Positions 40,215 through 49,957 are shown, numbered from the whole stretch's first letter. The stretch: DNA of 63,810 nucleotides, filler included, from an uncultured Acidimicrobiia bacterium (GCA_964347285.1; 3 parts of 3 records of this genome joined end to end with filler, not necessarily neighbours in it), one strand, 5' to 3'. Notes: generated by a model from the letters alone, not told the origin. Program-made: numbers and translations.

Positions 40215-41502
40215 CGAGATACTCCAGGATGTCGGCGAAGTACTCGGGGTTGAGGCGCAGGCGTGAGCTGATGGCGTGTCCCTCCATGAGCTCAGCGTCG
40301 GCCACCACCGCAGCAGGCTCTGCGACCGCCATCGAGCCCTCCGCGGTGCAGCGCTGCGTGGTCACCGTCTTGAGGAACTTGCCCACCCAAAGGCCGCCGG
40401 TGTAGCGAGCAGCCGTCTTCGTGGGCAGCGTGTGGTTGGTGCCGATCGCCTTGTCCGAGTAGGCCACCGTGGCGTGGGTCCCGATGAACAGGCTCCCGTA
40501 GTTGGTGAGCCGGTCGACGAACCAGTCGGGGTTGCGGGTCTGTACCTCGAGGTGCTCGGGAGCGATGTCGTCGGCGACCCGGCGCATCTCCTCGTCGTCG
40601 TCGCAAACGATCACCGTGCCGAAGTCCCGCCAGGCGGCGCCGGCGATGTGTGCGGTCGGCCAGCTCTCGAGCCATCGGTCCACCTCGACGATGGTCTCTT
40701 CGGCGACCGGCCGGGAGGTAGTCGCGAGAATCGCGGGAGACGTCGGACCGTGCTCGGCCTGGCCCAGCAGGTCGCAGGCCAGTACGGCCGGATCGGCGGA
40801 GTCGTCGGCGATGATCATGATCTCGGTCGGTCCGGCCAGCAGGTCGATCCCGACCCGGCCGAACAGCTGGCGCTTGGCCTCGGCCACATACGCGTTGCCC
40901 GGGCCGACGATCATGTCTACCGGCTCGGCATCCTCCAACCCGAACGCCATCCCGGCCAGGGCCTGGACCCCTCCGACACAGAAGATCTCGTCTGCGCCGG
41001 ATTCCGCCATCGCCCAGAGCTGCGGGCCGTGCATCCCCCGCTCATCGCGTGGTGGCGCCGCGGCCACGACGCGCGAGACACCGGCAACCTTCGCAGTCGC
41101 AACCGTCATAACCGCCGACGCGATCAACGGGTAATAACCCCCCGGCGAGTATGCACCCGTCGAGGCAACCGGGATGTGCCGCTGGCCGAGGATCACGCCT
41201 GGAAGCGTCTCCTGCTCGAAGTCGATCAGCGTCTCTCGCTGCAGGGAGGCGAAGCCGGTGACCTGGTCGATGAGGAACCGACCGCTCTCAGCGACCCGCT
41301 CGTCCATCTCGGCGTAGGCTCGGTCGACCGCGGCGCGGTCGACCCGGAAGCTGGGCGGGGACCACCCGTCGAACTGCTGCGAATAGCGCCGCACGGCTTC
41401 GAGGCCGTCGCGCTCGACGTCGGCGATGATGGTGCTGACGGTCTCCCGGATCTGGCGCGTGATCTCCTCGGGCTGTTCCTTCGGGCGCTTGACGTACTCC
41501 AC
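40207..41502 (-). CDS. histidinol dehydrogenase family paralog (HpsN-like clade)
   Basis: PGG, GGVQA, GPGNAYVAEAKR, ID..AGPTE, QAEHGP.S, APEHL, YGSLFIG, GTNHTLPT..ARYTGGL. Confidence 0.85.
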   Translation of the reverse strand: MEYVKRPKEQPEEITRQIRETVSTIIADVERDGLEAVRRYSQQFDGWSPPSFRVDRAAVDRAYAEMDERVAESGRFLIDQVTGFASLQRETLIDFEQETLPGVILGQRHIPVASTGAYSPGGYYPLIASAVMTVATAKVAGVSRVVAAAPPRDERGMHGPQLWAMAESGADEIFCVGGVQALAGMAFGLEDAEPVDMIVGPGNAYVAEAKRQLFGRVGIDLLAGPTEIMIIADDSADPAVLACDLLGQAEHGPTSPAILATTSRPVAEETIVEVDRWLESWPTAHIAGAAWRDFGTVIVCDDDEEMRRVADDIAPEHLEVQTRNPDWFVDRLTNYGSLFIGTHATVAYSDKAIGTNHTLPTKTAARYTGGLWVGKFLKTVTTQRCTAEGSMAVAEPAAVVADAELMEGHAISSRLRLNPEYFADILEYLDD

Positions 41503-41624
41503 CCGCGTCCTCCCGTGTGGGCGCCGCGGCATGCTACTTAGGGCCGGGGTGCCGGGTCGGGGGTCAGGGTTCCTCTCGGCGGACCAGACCTCCCAGGGAT
41601 CTCGCCGATGTATCGCACCGAGGG

Positions 41625-41680
41625 ATCGCGTCCGCTCCATGTTGTTCACGCCCGGGGACCGGCTCGAGATCGGCCGGTGA
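41625..41680 (+). pseudogene. possible CitE/CoA-ester-lyase N-terminal scrap
   Basis: Short match RVRSMLFTPGDRLE. Confidence 0.3.
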
Positions 41681-41809
41681 TGGTGGAGCCGCGGCTGGCG
41701 CGGACGACGGTGGAGGCCTAGATCGCCGCCGACCTCTCCGCGGAGAGCGGGCAGGTGATCAACCTTCCCCTTGACCGCGGGCTGGTGGAGAGCGGGTTGT
41801 CCGCCGCGA

Positions 41810-42187
41810 TCAGCTGAGCAGCTCGACGGTGACGAACCGTAGCGTGGTGGCTCCCACGTTCTCCAGGTCGTGGATCATCGGCGCCTCTGGTGTGTTCTCC
41901 AGGAAGCGCGTCTGGCCCAGCTCGTAGTTACGGATCGCATAGCTGCCATCCCCTGAGCGTTGCAAACCCTTCCCAGGTTCCACGACCGTCCAGAAGTAGT
42001 CGCGGGTGTGGGCGTGGAAGGGTCCGCGCTCGCCGGGCTCGAGCCGAACTTCCCAGACGCGGATCCGGTCGTTCTCGAACCACAACGACGTACCGACGTC
42101 GAGGTTGGCACCTGCCCGATTGAGCTCGTCCCGGAACTTGGCGGGGTCGAAGGTCCCTTCCTCCAGTGTCTCGGTGACGTCCTCCAC
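41810..42187 (-). CDS. cupin-like protein
   Basis: LWFENDRIRVWEVRLEPGER.PFH.H, IHDLENVG..TLRF.TVEL. Confidence 0.85.
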   Translation of the reverse strand: MEDVTETLEEGTFDPAKFRDELNRAGANLDVGTSLWFENDRIRVWEVRLEPGERGPFHAHTRDYFWTVVEPGKGLQRSGDGSYAIRNYELGQTRFLENTPEAPMIHDLENVGATTLRFVTVELLS

Positions 42188-42188
42188 G

Positions 42189-43130
42189 TCAGTTCACCTG
42201 GTAGTCGGGGGGCTCACCGGTGAGGACCTTGATCACCTGAGTGGCGGCCTTGCGCTGGGACTCCTCGAGCGCCTCCTCCGAGTAGTACGCCATGTGCGGA
42301 GTGGCGATGAGGTTGGGCACACCTTCCAGTAGGTCGGTGTCGACCGGCTCGGTCTCGAATACGTCCAGGGCGGCCGCCGAGAGCCGGCCGCTTCGCAGGG
42401 CGTCGGCGAGTGCCGCGAACTCGACCAACGGGCCGCGCGACGTGTTGACCAGGATTGCGCCCGGCTTCATCTTCCCAATCGTCGACTCGTTGATCACCCC
42501 GCGCGTCTCGTCGGTGAGCGGGGCATGTAGGGAGACGATGTCGGAGCAGGCGAGCAGGCCGTCGAGGTCGAGGAGCGGTGGAAGCGCGGGATCATCCGAC
42601 AGATACGGGTCGTGGATCACGACCTGGGCCCCAAGCGCGTCGAGCGCCGCGGCGAGCCGGCGGGCGATCCGCCCATAGCCGACCAAGCCGACGGTCAGCG
42701 TCGAAAGCCGGCGGATCGGCCTGAAGTTGTCCACGCCCCAGGCGCCGGTCCGGATCGCCTCGTCGGCCGTCACCACCTTCCTGAGCGCGGCGAGGATGAG
42801 GGCGAGGGCGTGCGCTGCCACCTCCTCCACTGAGTAGTCGGGAACGTTGGTGACGACGATCCCCGCCTTCCTGGCCGCCTCGAGGTCCACGTTGTCGATC
42901 CCGATCCCGTAACGGGCGATCACCTTGCAGTTGTCGAGGCGTGCAATGGCGTCTGCGTCCCACGGAAGGTACGTGTTGAGGATGCCGTCGGCGTCGGCCG
43001 CGACCGCCAGGACCTCCTGCTGGTCCCCCGAAGCGACGATCAGCTCGGCGTCGATGTCGGCGAGCAACTTACGCTCCAGGTCGACCGTCGGGAACACCTG
43101 GTCACTCACTACGACCTTGTATGTCGACAT
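42189..43130 (-). CDS. D-isomer-specific 2-hydroxyacid dehydrogenase (CtBP-like)
   Basis: RYGIG.DNVD, NVPDY.VEEVA, GYGRI, SLHAP, NTSRG, DVFETEP, TPHMAYYS. Confidence 0.92.
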   Translation of the reverse strand: MSTYKVVVSDQVFPTVDLERKLLADIDAELIVASGDQQEVLAVAADADGILNTYLPWDADAIARLDNCKVIARYGIGIDNVDLEAARKAGIVVTNVPDYSVEEVAAHALALILAALRKVVTADEAIRTGAWGVDNFRPIRRLSTLTVGLVGYGRIARRLAAALDALGAQVVIHDPYLSDDPALPPLLDLDGLLACSDIVSLHAPLTDETRGVINESTIGKMKPGAILVNTSRGPLVEFAALADALRSGRLSAAALDVFETEPVDTDLLEGVPNLIATPHMAYYSEEALEESQRKAATQVIKVLTGEPPDYQVN

Positions 43131-43333
43131 GGCGGCCTTTGCCGAGTGGGAGCTCTGGCCTGATCCTATCTCACGCCGAGTCTGCCCGATCCTTCCTGGT
43201 CGAGTGCGGAATCTCGTCGATCTCGGTGAGCCCGACACATTGAGCCCGGTTCGGCTGGCGGTCGCCGAGGCCGAGCGCCGGCCGGCGAGGGGCCCGTCGA
43301 TGGTCGCCACTGGTTGACTGCCGACGCCACCTA

Positions 43334-43433
43334 NNNNNNNNNNNNNNNNNNNNNNNNNNNNNNNNNNNNNNNNNNNNTTAATTAATTAANNNNNNNNNNN
43401 NNNNNNNNNNNNNNNNNNNNNNNNNNNNNNNNN
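43334..43433. other. artificial contig linker (N + TTAATTAATTAA + N)
   Basis: Same linker as at 21965. Confidence 0.97.
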
Positions 43434-43519
43434 TCGCCATGGAAGAGGGCCTGCGCTTCGCCATTCGCGAGGGGGGGCGCACCGTCGGAGCCGGCCGGGT
43501 CACGAAGATACTGAAGTAG
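43434..43519 (+). CDS. tuf: elongation factor Tu, 3' end
   Basis: AMEEGLRFAIREGGRTVGAGRVTKILK*. Confidence 0.97.
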
Positions 43520-43549
43520 GCGATGGGGACTCGCCGCTAGCGACCGGTT

Positions 43550-43711
43550 ATGGCCAGCGACAAGCGCCCGCCCATCAACCTCGCCTGCGAGGAGTGCAAG
43601 CGGCGCAACTACGTCACCACCAAGAACCGCTCCAACACCCAGGAGCGGCTCGAGCTCAGCAAGTACTGCCCGTGGTGCCGGCGTCACACCACCCATCGCG
43701 AGCACCGCTGA
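43550..43711 (+). CDS. rpmG: 50S ribosomal protein L33 (Zn-ribbon type)
   Basis: [53 protein letters not shown]; below the ORF-track length cutoff. Confidence 0.96.
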   Translation: MASDKRPPINLACEECKRRNYVTTKNRSNTQERLELSKYCPWCRRHTTHREHR

Positions 43712-43727
43712 TCGGCCTATTGGGGCG

Positions 43728-44585
43728 GTGACCCTTTCGGCCCTGGCGGGCAAGCGACTGGGCCCGGTCCGCTACGCCGCCGCCCCCGAGCGGGTGGGCG
43801 CCTTCGTCGAGGCGACCAGTGACGATCCCCATCGCTGGTCCGAAGCCGTCCCGCCCGGATTCGGCGCTGCGGTGCTCTTCGCCCTGGCCCCGACGCTGCT
43901 GGCAGAGGAGTCGTTGGCGGCGTTCCCGACCTTGATCCATGCCCAGCAGCGCTTCTCGTGGTGCCGGGCTCTCGTTCCCGGCGAGCTCCTCGAGGTGAGC
44001 GGAGAGGTCAGCGGGATCCGTAGCCGGGGTCCGCTGCACTTCGTCGGTTTCGCGCTGCAGGCCGACGGCGATGGGCCATGGCTGAAATCAAAGTCGTCGT
44101 TTCTCCTGTCGGCCGGGCCGGCCTCGGCGGTTCCGGCCGAAGAGGAGGAGGAGCCGGGCCCATTCGAGCGGGCCCCGGTGGAGGTGCCGGCCCCGGCGCA
44201 CCTTCCCGGAAGCGGCGAGTCTCTTCCTCTGCTGGCCAAGTCGGCCAGTCGGGCCGACCTGATGCGCTACGCCGCCGCTACCGGGGACTGGAATCCGGTG
44301 CACTGGGACCACGCCACCGCTCGGCGAGCCGGGCTGGCCGGAGTGGTCGCCCACGGCTTGCTGGTTGCCTCCTGGGTGGCCCAGGAGGCCGCTCGCTTCA
44401 CCACCGCCGCGGCACCCCTCCGCGAGCTGGATGTCCGCTTCCACCTGCCCCTACGCCCCGGCGTCGCCGCCGAAGTCGGAGGCTCGGTGGGGGAAATCGA
44501 AGAGTCGTCGGCAACGTTGTCTCTGGTGGTGTCCGCCGCCGGATCGAAGCTGGCGGCCGCCACCGCCGTGATCCGTCGGGAGTAA
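43728..44585 (+). CDS. double-hotdog MaoC dehydratase (fused HadA/HadB-like)
   Basis: LIHAQQRF; YAAATGDWNPVHWD...AGL.GVVAHG; sits after rpmG like mycobacterial hadABC. Confidence 0.8.
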   Translation: MTLSALAGKRLGPVRYAAAPERVGAFVEATSDDPHRWSEAVPPGFGAAVLFALAPTLLAEESLAAFPTLIHAQQRFSWCRALVPGELLEVSGEVSGIRSRGPLHFVGFALQADGDGPWLKSKSSFLLSAGPASAVPAEEEEEPGPFERAPVEVPAPAHLPGSGESLPLLAKSASRADLMRYAAATGDWNPVHWDHATARRAGLAGVVAHGLLVASWVAQEAARFTTAAAPLRELDVRFHLPLRPGVAAEVGGSVGEIEESSATLSLVVSAAGSKLAAATAVIRRE

Positions 44586-44589
44586 CGGA

Positions 44590-45150
44590 GTGACCACGCG
44601 TCGGGTCCAAGACCCTGGAGATGCCGATCTGGTGCACCGGGCCCGCCTCGGCGACGAATCGGCGTTCTCGGAACTGGTCAGGACGCACAAGGACGAGGTA
44701 TTCACGTTGGCCCTGCGCATGGTGAGCAACAGGGAGCTGGCCGCCGATGTAGCTCAGGAGGCCTTCATCCGGGCTTGGAAGGCGTTGCCCGGTTTTCGGG
44801 GAGAAGCCGCCTTTTCGACTTGGTTGCATCGGATCACCGTCAACACCGCCTGGACCCAGCGCCGCAGGTGGCGCCGGCATCTGACTGCCCCGCTGCCCGA
44901 TGATGCGCCGGTGGCCGCCGAGGGATTGACGCCGGAGGGAGCCGGCGAGCAGGTGGCTCTCCGCGGTTCATTGAGTCGCGAGCTGGCGCTGCTGCCCGAA
45001 TCGCAGCGCATGGTCGTCGTGCTCAAGGACGTCTACGGATGGTCGCATCGGGAGGTGGCCGAGTCGCTGGGGATCACGGTGGCTGCTGCCAAGGTTCGGC
45101 TGCACCGGGCCCGGCGGACCCTGCGCCAGCAGCTGTGGGGCGAGCGATGA
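44590..45150 (+). CDS. ECF sigma-70 factor
   Basis: GDESAFSELV, ADVAQEAFIRAWKAL..FRG.AAFSTWLHRI, HREVAESLGI.V.A.KVRLHRAR. Confidence 0.93.
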   Translation: MTTRRVQDPGDADLVHRARLGDESAFSELVRTHKDEVFTLALRMVSNRELAADVAQEAFIRAWKALPGFRGEAAFSTWLHRITVNTAWTQRRRWRRHLTAPLPDDAPVAAEGLTPEGAGEQVALRGSLSRELALLPESQRMVVVLKDVYGWSHREVAESLGITVAAAKVRLHRARRTLRQQLWGER

Positions 45151-45470
45151 TCCACGAACTCACGATGCGACGACTGTGCCGGCTCGTCGACGGAGAGCCG
45201 TCCGGCCTATTCGGTGATCACCTGGCCAACTGCCTGCGCTGCCAGGCGGAAGCGGTCCGCTACCGGTTCATGCTTCGAGCCCTGTCGGCCCGGCAACATG
45301 TCGTGACCCCGGCCCCGGAGGGATTCGAGGCGGTGGTGCAGGGCCATCTGGGTGAATCGCGCTCCGCTCTGAGAGATCTGAGGGACCTGGAAAAGGTCGC
45401 AGCAGGCGCGGCGGTGGCATTGGCCGGGGCGATGGTCCTGGTCCAATGGTGGCGGCACCGGGTCGCCTGA
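45147..45470 (+). CDS. zinc-binding anti-sigma factor (ZAS)
   Basis: HxxxCxxC (HLANCLRC), C-terminal TM, ATGA overlap with the sigma gene. Confidence 0.8.
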   Translation: MIHELTMRRLCRLVDGEPSGLFGDHLANCLRCQAEAVRYRFMLRALSARQHVVTPAPEGFEAVVQGHLGESRSALRDLRDLEKVAAGAAVALAGAMVLVQWWRHRVA

Positions 45471-45491
45471 GCACCACTGCGCGCCGCACCG

Positions 45492-45520
45492 TTTATCATG
45501 CAGACGGCGGCCCGTATACT
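45492..45520 (+). promoter_or_regulatory. candidate housekeeping promoter for tRNA-Trp/secE
   Basis: TTTATC-17 nt-TATACT. Confidence 0.45.
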
Positions 45521-45534
45521 CGCCCGCGACCTCT

Positions 45535-45612
45535 AGGGGTGTAGCTCAATTTGGCTAGAGCACTGGTCTCCAAAACCAGAGGTTGTGGGTTCGAGTCCCG
45601 CCACCCCTGCCA
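45535..45612 (+). tRNA. tRNA-Trp(CCA)
   Basis: Full cloverleaf AGGGGTG...CACCCCT-GCCA; anticodon arm CTGGT-CTCCAAA-ACCAG. Confidence 0.97.
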
Positions 45613-45628
45613 CCGCTAGGAGGAATGG

Positions 45629-45907
45629 GTGAACCGGCAACTCCGCAGAATCACCGAGAGAGAAGAGCGCCGCACACGCGAGCGGGGCCGCCCGCAGGCG
45701 CGCCAAAAGGAACGCACCAGCGTCCGTCAGTTCCTGCGCGAGGTACGCCAAGAGCTGAAGCGGGTCTCCTGGCCGACCCGACAGGAATTGTGGACGTTCA
45801 CCGCCGTCACCCTCATCACTACCACCGCCCTGACCGTCATCATTTTCGCCATGGACTTCGCCTTCAAAGCGGGGGTGCTGTCCCTCATCCGGGAACTGCA
45901 GCAGTGA
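45629..45907 (+). CDS. secE: preprotein translocase SecE
   Basis: FLREVRQELKRVSWPTRQE + TM. Confidence 0.95.
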   Translation: MNRQLRRITEREERRTRERGRPQARQKERTSVRQFLREVRQELKRVSWPTRQELWTFTAVTLITTTALTVIIFAMDFAFKAGVLSLIRELQQ

Positions 45908-46809
45908 GCGAACTGCAGGACCTGCTGTCCGAAGCGGTGAAGGAGGCGCTCACGGGCGCCACCGGCGAGGAAGAGGCGGAAGAGCCCTCAGAGGAGGGCG
46001 AGCCTCGCGAAGCGGAGGCCGACTCCCAGCTCACCGCCGCGGCCCAGGCACTGGGCGCTCCTTCCGTCGCCGAGCCTTCCGTCGATGCGCCGGCCGGTGC
46101 TGCGACGGCGGACGCAGAGGCCGCGGCCGGCGAGATCACCCCGGCCGAGCCGGGCGGGGAAGGCGAGGCCGCGGTGGCCGTCGCCGAGACCGAGGTCGAA
46201 ATCGAGGCAGCTGAGGCCCTCGAGGAAGAGGAAGAAGAAGAGGAGCAGGCTCCTTCCCCGGCCAGCCCGTACGACCTGCCCGGTGGGTGGTACGTCGTCC
46301 ACTCGTACTCGGGGTACGAGAACAAGGTGAAGGCCAACCTGGAGTCGCGCATCAAGTCCATGCACATGGAGGACCGTATCTTCGACGTCGTCATTCCCAT
46401 GGAAGACGTCGTCGAATTCAAGGGGGGGCGCAAAGTCACGGTGAAGAAGAAGGTCTTCCCGGGCTACATCCTGGTGCGCCTCTACATGGACGACGACGCC
46501 TGGTTCGTGGTCCGCAACACCCCGGGGGTCACCGGCTTCGTGGGCTCGGGGACCAAGCCGACCTCGCTGTCGCGAAAAGAGGTGGAGCGGATCCTCGGTG
46601 TCAGCAAGGCCGAGCGGAAGAAGGTGCCCCGCTTCAAGCCGGAGTGGGAGGTCGGTGAGACGGTACGGGTCGTCGAGGGGCCGTTCGCCGATTTCAACGG
46701 GGTCATCGAGGACATCAACATCGACCAGTCGAAGGTGCGAGTGCTGGTGGACATCTTCGGCCGGGAGACTCCGGTCGAGCTCAACTTCGAGCAGATCCAG
46801 AAGTACTAG
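45904..46809 (+). CDS. nusG: NusG with long acidic N-terminal extension
   Basis: [51 protein letters not shown]. Confidence 0.96.
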   Translation: MSELQDLLSEAVKEALTGATGEEEAEEPSEEGEPREAEADSQLTAAAQALGAPSVAEPSVDAPAGAATADAEAAAGEITPAEPGGEGEAAVAVAETEVEIEAAEALEEEEEEEEQAPSPASPYDLPGGWYVVHSYSGYENKVKANLESRIKSMHMEDRIFDVVIPMEDVVEFKGGRKVTVKKKVFPGYILVRLYMDDDAWFVVRNTPGVTGFVGSGTKPTSLSRKEVERILGVSKAERKKVPRFKPEWEVGETVRVVEGPFADFNGVIEDINIDQSKVRVLVDIFGRETPVELNFEQIQKY

Positions 46810-46817
46810 GAGTCGCG

Positions 46818-47246
46818 GTGGCCACCAAGAAGATCGCGGCAATGCTCAAGCTACAGATTCCGGCCGGTCAGGCGAGCCCGGCCCCACCGGTGGGTCCCGC
46901 CCTGGGTCAGCACGGCGTCAACATCATGGACTTCGTCAACGCCTACAACCAGACCACCCAGTCACAGGCGGGGACCATCGTTCCCGTCGAGATCACGATC
47001 TACGAGGATCGCACCTACACGTTCGTTACCAAGACTCCTCCGGCCGCAGTACTGCTCCGCCAGGCGGCCCGGGTCCCCAAGGGGTCGCCGGAGTCGAATC
47101 GGGAGAAGGTGGGATCGGTCACCAGGGAACAGGTGAAAAAGATCGCCGAGACGAAGATGCCCGACCTGAACGCCAACGACATCGAGGCGGCGATGAAGAT
47201 CATCGAGGGCACCGCCCGTTCCATGGGCCTCATCGTCGAGGGCTGA
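46818..47246 (+). CDS. rplK: 50S ribosomal protein L11
   Basis: [23 protein letters not shown]. Confidence 0.98.
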   Translation: MATKKIAAMLKLQIPAGQASPAPPVGPALGQHGVNIMDFVNAYNQTTQSQAGTIVPVEITIYEDRTYTFVTKTPPAAVLLRQAARVPKGSPESNREKVGSVTREQVKKIAETKMPDLNANDIEAAMKIIEGTARSMGLIVEG

Positions 47247-47275
47247 GCATCGGGCGAGTCCACCCACCAGTCACA

Positions 47276-47307
47276 CGTGGGAGGCCCACTGGGCCGCCGG
47301 AACCACG
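47276..47307 (+). promoter_or_regulatory. putative L1-binding autoregulatory hairpin
   Basis: CGTGG-GA-GGCCCA..TGGGCC...CCACG directly before the rplA RBS. Confidence 0.6.
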
Positions 47308-47320
47308 AGGAGGCAACACA

Positions 47321-48028
47321 ATGGGAAAGAAGCATGCGGCTGCCGTAGCAAGGCTCGACGCCGAGACCCACTATTCGCCCCGAGAGGCCTTGGGAATGGT
47401 CAAGGAGCTCGCCTTCGCCGGCTTTGACGAGTCGGTCGAGGTGGCCGTCCTGCTCGGAATCGATCCCAAACAAGCCGACCAGGCGGTACGGGGGACGGTT
47501 TCGCTACCCCACGGCACCGGCAAGGAGGTCCGGGTAGCGGTGTTTGCCGACGGTGAGGCGGCCGGCGCGGCCGAAGCGGCCGGTGCCGATGTGGTGGGCG
47601 GCAAGGAGCTCGCCGACGAGATCGCCGGAGGTCGACCCCTCGACTTCGACGTGGCGGTCGCGGCGCCCGACATGATGTCCGAGGTCGGCAAGTTGGGGCG
47701 CATACTGGGACCGCGCGGCTTGATGCCCAATCCCAAGGCCGGCACCGTGACTCCGGACGTGGCCCAGGCGGTCGCCGAGCTGAAGGCCGGCCGGGTCGAG
47801 TACCGAAACGATCGACACGGAAATGTGCATGCGGTCATCGGGAAGGTCTCTTTCGAGCAACGGCAGCTCGAGGAGAACCTGGCGACGATCGTTGCCGAGT
47901 TGCTTCGAGCCCGGCCGGCCCCGGTGAAAGGCCGGTTTGTCCGCAAGGTGACGCTGTCGTCCAGCATGGGTCCTGGCATCAAGGTGGACGTGGGTGCCCT
48001 GGACGAACTGGCGGCCCAGGCTCGCTGA
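47321..48028 (+). CDS. rplA: 50S ribosomal protein L1
   Basis: [41 protein letters not shown]. Confidence 0.98.
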   Translation: MGKKHAAAVARLDAETHYSPREALGMVKELAFAGFDESVEVAVLLGIDPKQADQAVRGTVSLPHGTGKEVRVAVFADGEAAGAAEAAGADVVGGKELADEIAGGRPLDFDVAVAAPDMMSEVGKLGRILGPRGLMPNPKAGTVTPDVAQAVAELKAGRVEYRNDRHGNVHAVIGKVSFEQRQLEENLATIVAELLRARPAPVKGRFVRKVTLSSSMGPGIKVDVGALDELAAQAR

Positions 48029-48332
48029 CGCCACAAATCTCTGGACAATCGTACGGCCAGGCGCGAGACTGAGGGCGGAGGGGCCCGCGGCCTGTGTCAT
48101 CTGGAATTCACGTGCCAGGTGCGCGGAGCCAGCCGCTCGAGCCACCCTCAGGCCAGTCCCTACCCTGGCCGGCTGAGAGCGGAAGGGACGGACGGCACCC
48201 TGGCCCGTCGTCCGCCCAACTTGCTGAGGTCCGCAGTGCGGGTTGCGGGCCCCTTTCCGGGGCCGCTCGAGGCACCTCTTTTGGTGGTCCTTCCTCATCT
48301 GCCTGCTACCCTGCCCGCCGCTACAAAACCCG

Positions 48333-48440
48333 CCCGAGACCGCCGGTGCCCGAGGTGGCACAAGTCAGGCAGACGCCGGCGCAGGCCCTCCACCAGGCTC
48401 CCGTGTGTCTCGTGCCGGGAGCTTTGTTCGTGCCGTGAGC
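48333..48440 (+). promoter_or_regulatory. L10 leader-like RNA
   Basis: CCGAGACCGCCGGT...CCGGCGCAGG upstream of rplJ, followed by a hairpin and U-rich tract. Confidence 0.6.
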
Positions 48441-48477
48441 AACCGCTCGCTGAGCACGGCTGACCGAGGAGGCCCAT

Positions 48478-49197
48478 ATGGCGAGGCCGGAGAAAGTACA
48501 GGCGGTCGCTGAAATCAAACAGCGATTCGAGGACGCGGCAGCGGTGTTTGTCACCGAATACGCCGGTCTCAGCGTTCCCGAGCAGCAAGAGCTGCGCCGC
48601 GGCCTGCGTCAGGATGATGCCGAGTACAAGGTGCTCAAGATGACGTTGACCCGCAGAGCCGTCGCCGATCTGGCGTACGGCGAGGGCCTGGGACAATTGC
48701 TCACCGGACCCACTGCGCTGGCGTTTGCCACCGGGGATCCCGTGAAGGCCGCAAAGACCCTGGCCGGATTCGCCAAAGAGCACGACCAGCTTCGAGTCAA
48801 GGGCATGGTGTTCTCCGGAGAGCTGCTTCCTCCCGAGAAGGTGGGCCAACTCGCTGCACTCGACCCACGGGAAGTCCTGTTGGCCAAATTGGCGGGGGCG
48901 ATCCAAGCTCCGCTGTCGAACCTGGCCGGATTGCTGGCTTCTTTCGGTCGCAATGCCGCTTCGTTGTTCCTGCAGCTCAAGCAGCTCAAGGAGCAGGGAG
49001 AGGCGGTTGCCGAACCGACCCCCGAAGCAGTGGAGGAGGCAGCCGAGGCCGAGGAGCCGGATGCTCGTGAGGCTGCCGGCGCCCGAGCCGATGAAGCTCA
49101 AGAACAAGAAGAGGAGCCGATCGGGGATTCCGCCCCGGAGGCTGATGGAGAGGAAGAACCCGAAGCCGCCGAGGCGGCCGAAGCAGAGGAGGCATGA
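48478..49197 (+). CDS. rplJ: 50S ribosomal protein L10 with acidic C-terminal tail
   Basis: [30 protein letters not shown]. Confidence 0.96.
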   Translation: MARPEKVQAVAEIKQRFEDAAAVFVTEYAGLSVPEQQELRRGLRQDDAEYKVLKMTLTRRAVADLAYGEGLGQLLTGPTALAFATGDPVKAAKTLAGFAKEHDQLRVKGMVFSGELLPPEKVGQLAALDPREVLLAKLAGAIQAPLSNLAGLLASFGRNAASLFLQLKQLKEQGEAVAEPTPEAVEEAAEAEEPDAREAAGARADEAQEQEEEPIGDSAPEADGEEEPEAAEAAEAEEA

Positions 49198-49199
49198 CG

Positions 49200-49589
49200 A
49201 TGGCGAAACCCACCACCGAGGACCTACTGACCTACTTCGAGGAGATGACCGTCCTCGAGCTTTCCGAGTTCCTGAAGGCGTTCGAAGAGAAGTTCGAGGT
49301 CACCGCGGCGGCGCCGGTAGCGGTGGCGGCCGTGGCAGGTGAAGCTGCCGGGGGCGAGGCGGCGGCGACCGAGGAGAAGACCGCCTTCGACGTCGTGCTC
49401 GGCGCGACCGGGGACAAGAAGATCCAGGTCATCAAGGAGGTGTGCGCCCTCACCGGACTCGGGCTCAAGGAGGCCAAGGACCTGGTGGAGAGCGCCCCCA
49501 AGGCCGTGCTCGAGGGGGCCGACAAAGAGACCGCTGAGGCTGCCAAGGCCAAGCTGGAAGAGGCGGGAGCCACCGTCGAGCTCGCCTAG
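49200..49589 (+). CDS. rplL: 50S ribosomal protein L7/L12
   Basis: [37 protein letters not shown]. Confidence 0.98.
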   Translation: MAKPTTEDLLTYFEEMTVLELSEFLKAFEEKFEVTAAAPVAVAAVAGEAAGGEAAATEEKTAFDVVLGATGDKKIQVIKEVCALTGLGLKEAKDLVESAPKAVLEGADKETAEAAKAKLEEAGATVELA

Positions 49590-49635
49590 TTCGGTTGCCC
49601 ACTCGGGTGGCCCCGCCGCCCTCCGCTACCCGAAC

Positions 49636-49749
49636 GACGATGAGCGGTGAGCGAAGAGCATAAGGGACGATGAGCGGTGAGCGAAGAGCATAAGGGACGA
49701 TGAGCGGTGCCCGAACAGCATAAGGGACGATGAGCGGTGAGCGAAGAGC
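49636..49749. repeat. 30-bp tandem repeat GACGATGAGCGGTGAGCGAAGAGCATAAGG, about 3.8 copies
   Basis: Units at 49636, 49666, 49696 (variant) and 49726 (partial); no spacers. Confidence 0.95.
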
Positions 49750-49801
49750 CACAGACGAGGTTCGGTTGGCGGGACGCCTGGGAATACCTGGAACAGAACC
49801 C

Positions 49802-49830
49802 TTGACCTCGGGCAGCCAGGGGAGTAGGTT
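49802..49830 (+). promoter_or_regulatory. candidate rpoB promoter
   Basis: TTGACC-17 nt-TAGGTT. Confidence 0.5.
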
Positions 49831-49957
49831 GTGTGCAACTGAATAGGCGCGCGCCACTCTGTTGCAGAGGCGTTGTTGCGCGCGCTATCATTCTTTCCTT
49901 GCTTAGAGGTGGGTGGCACGCGTCCCCGGTAGCGCGTGAATGAAGGAGGAGTCTGCT

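Noticed and set aside
45904..46280. Novel NusG fusion
   Set aside because: Acidic low-complexity N-terminal extensions are common in actinobacterial NusG
49435..49450. L7/L12 IKEVCALT instead of IKEVRALT
   Set aside because: A single C-to-T change; cannot be told from a sequencing error or private SNP
49636..49749. CRISPR array
   Set aside because: Units are contiguous with no unique spacers, and no cas genes are present
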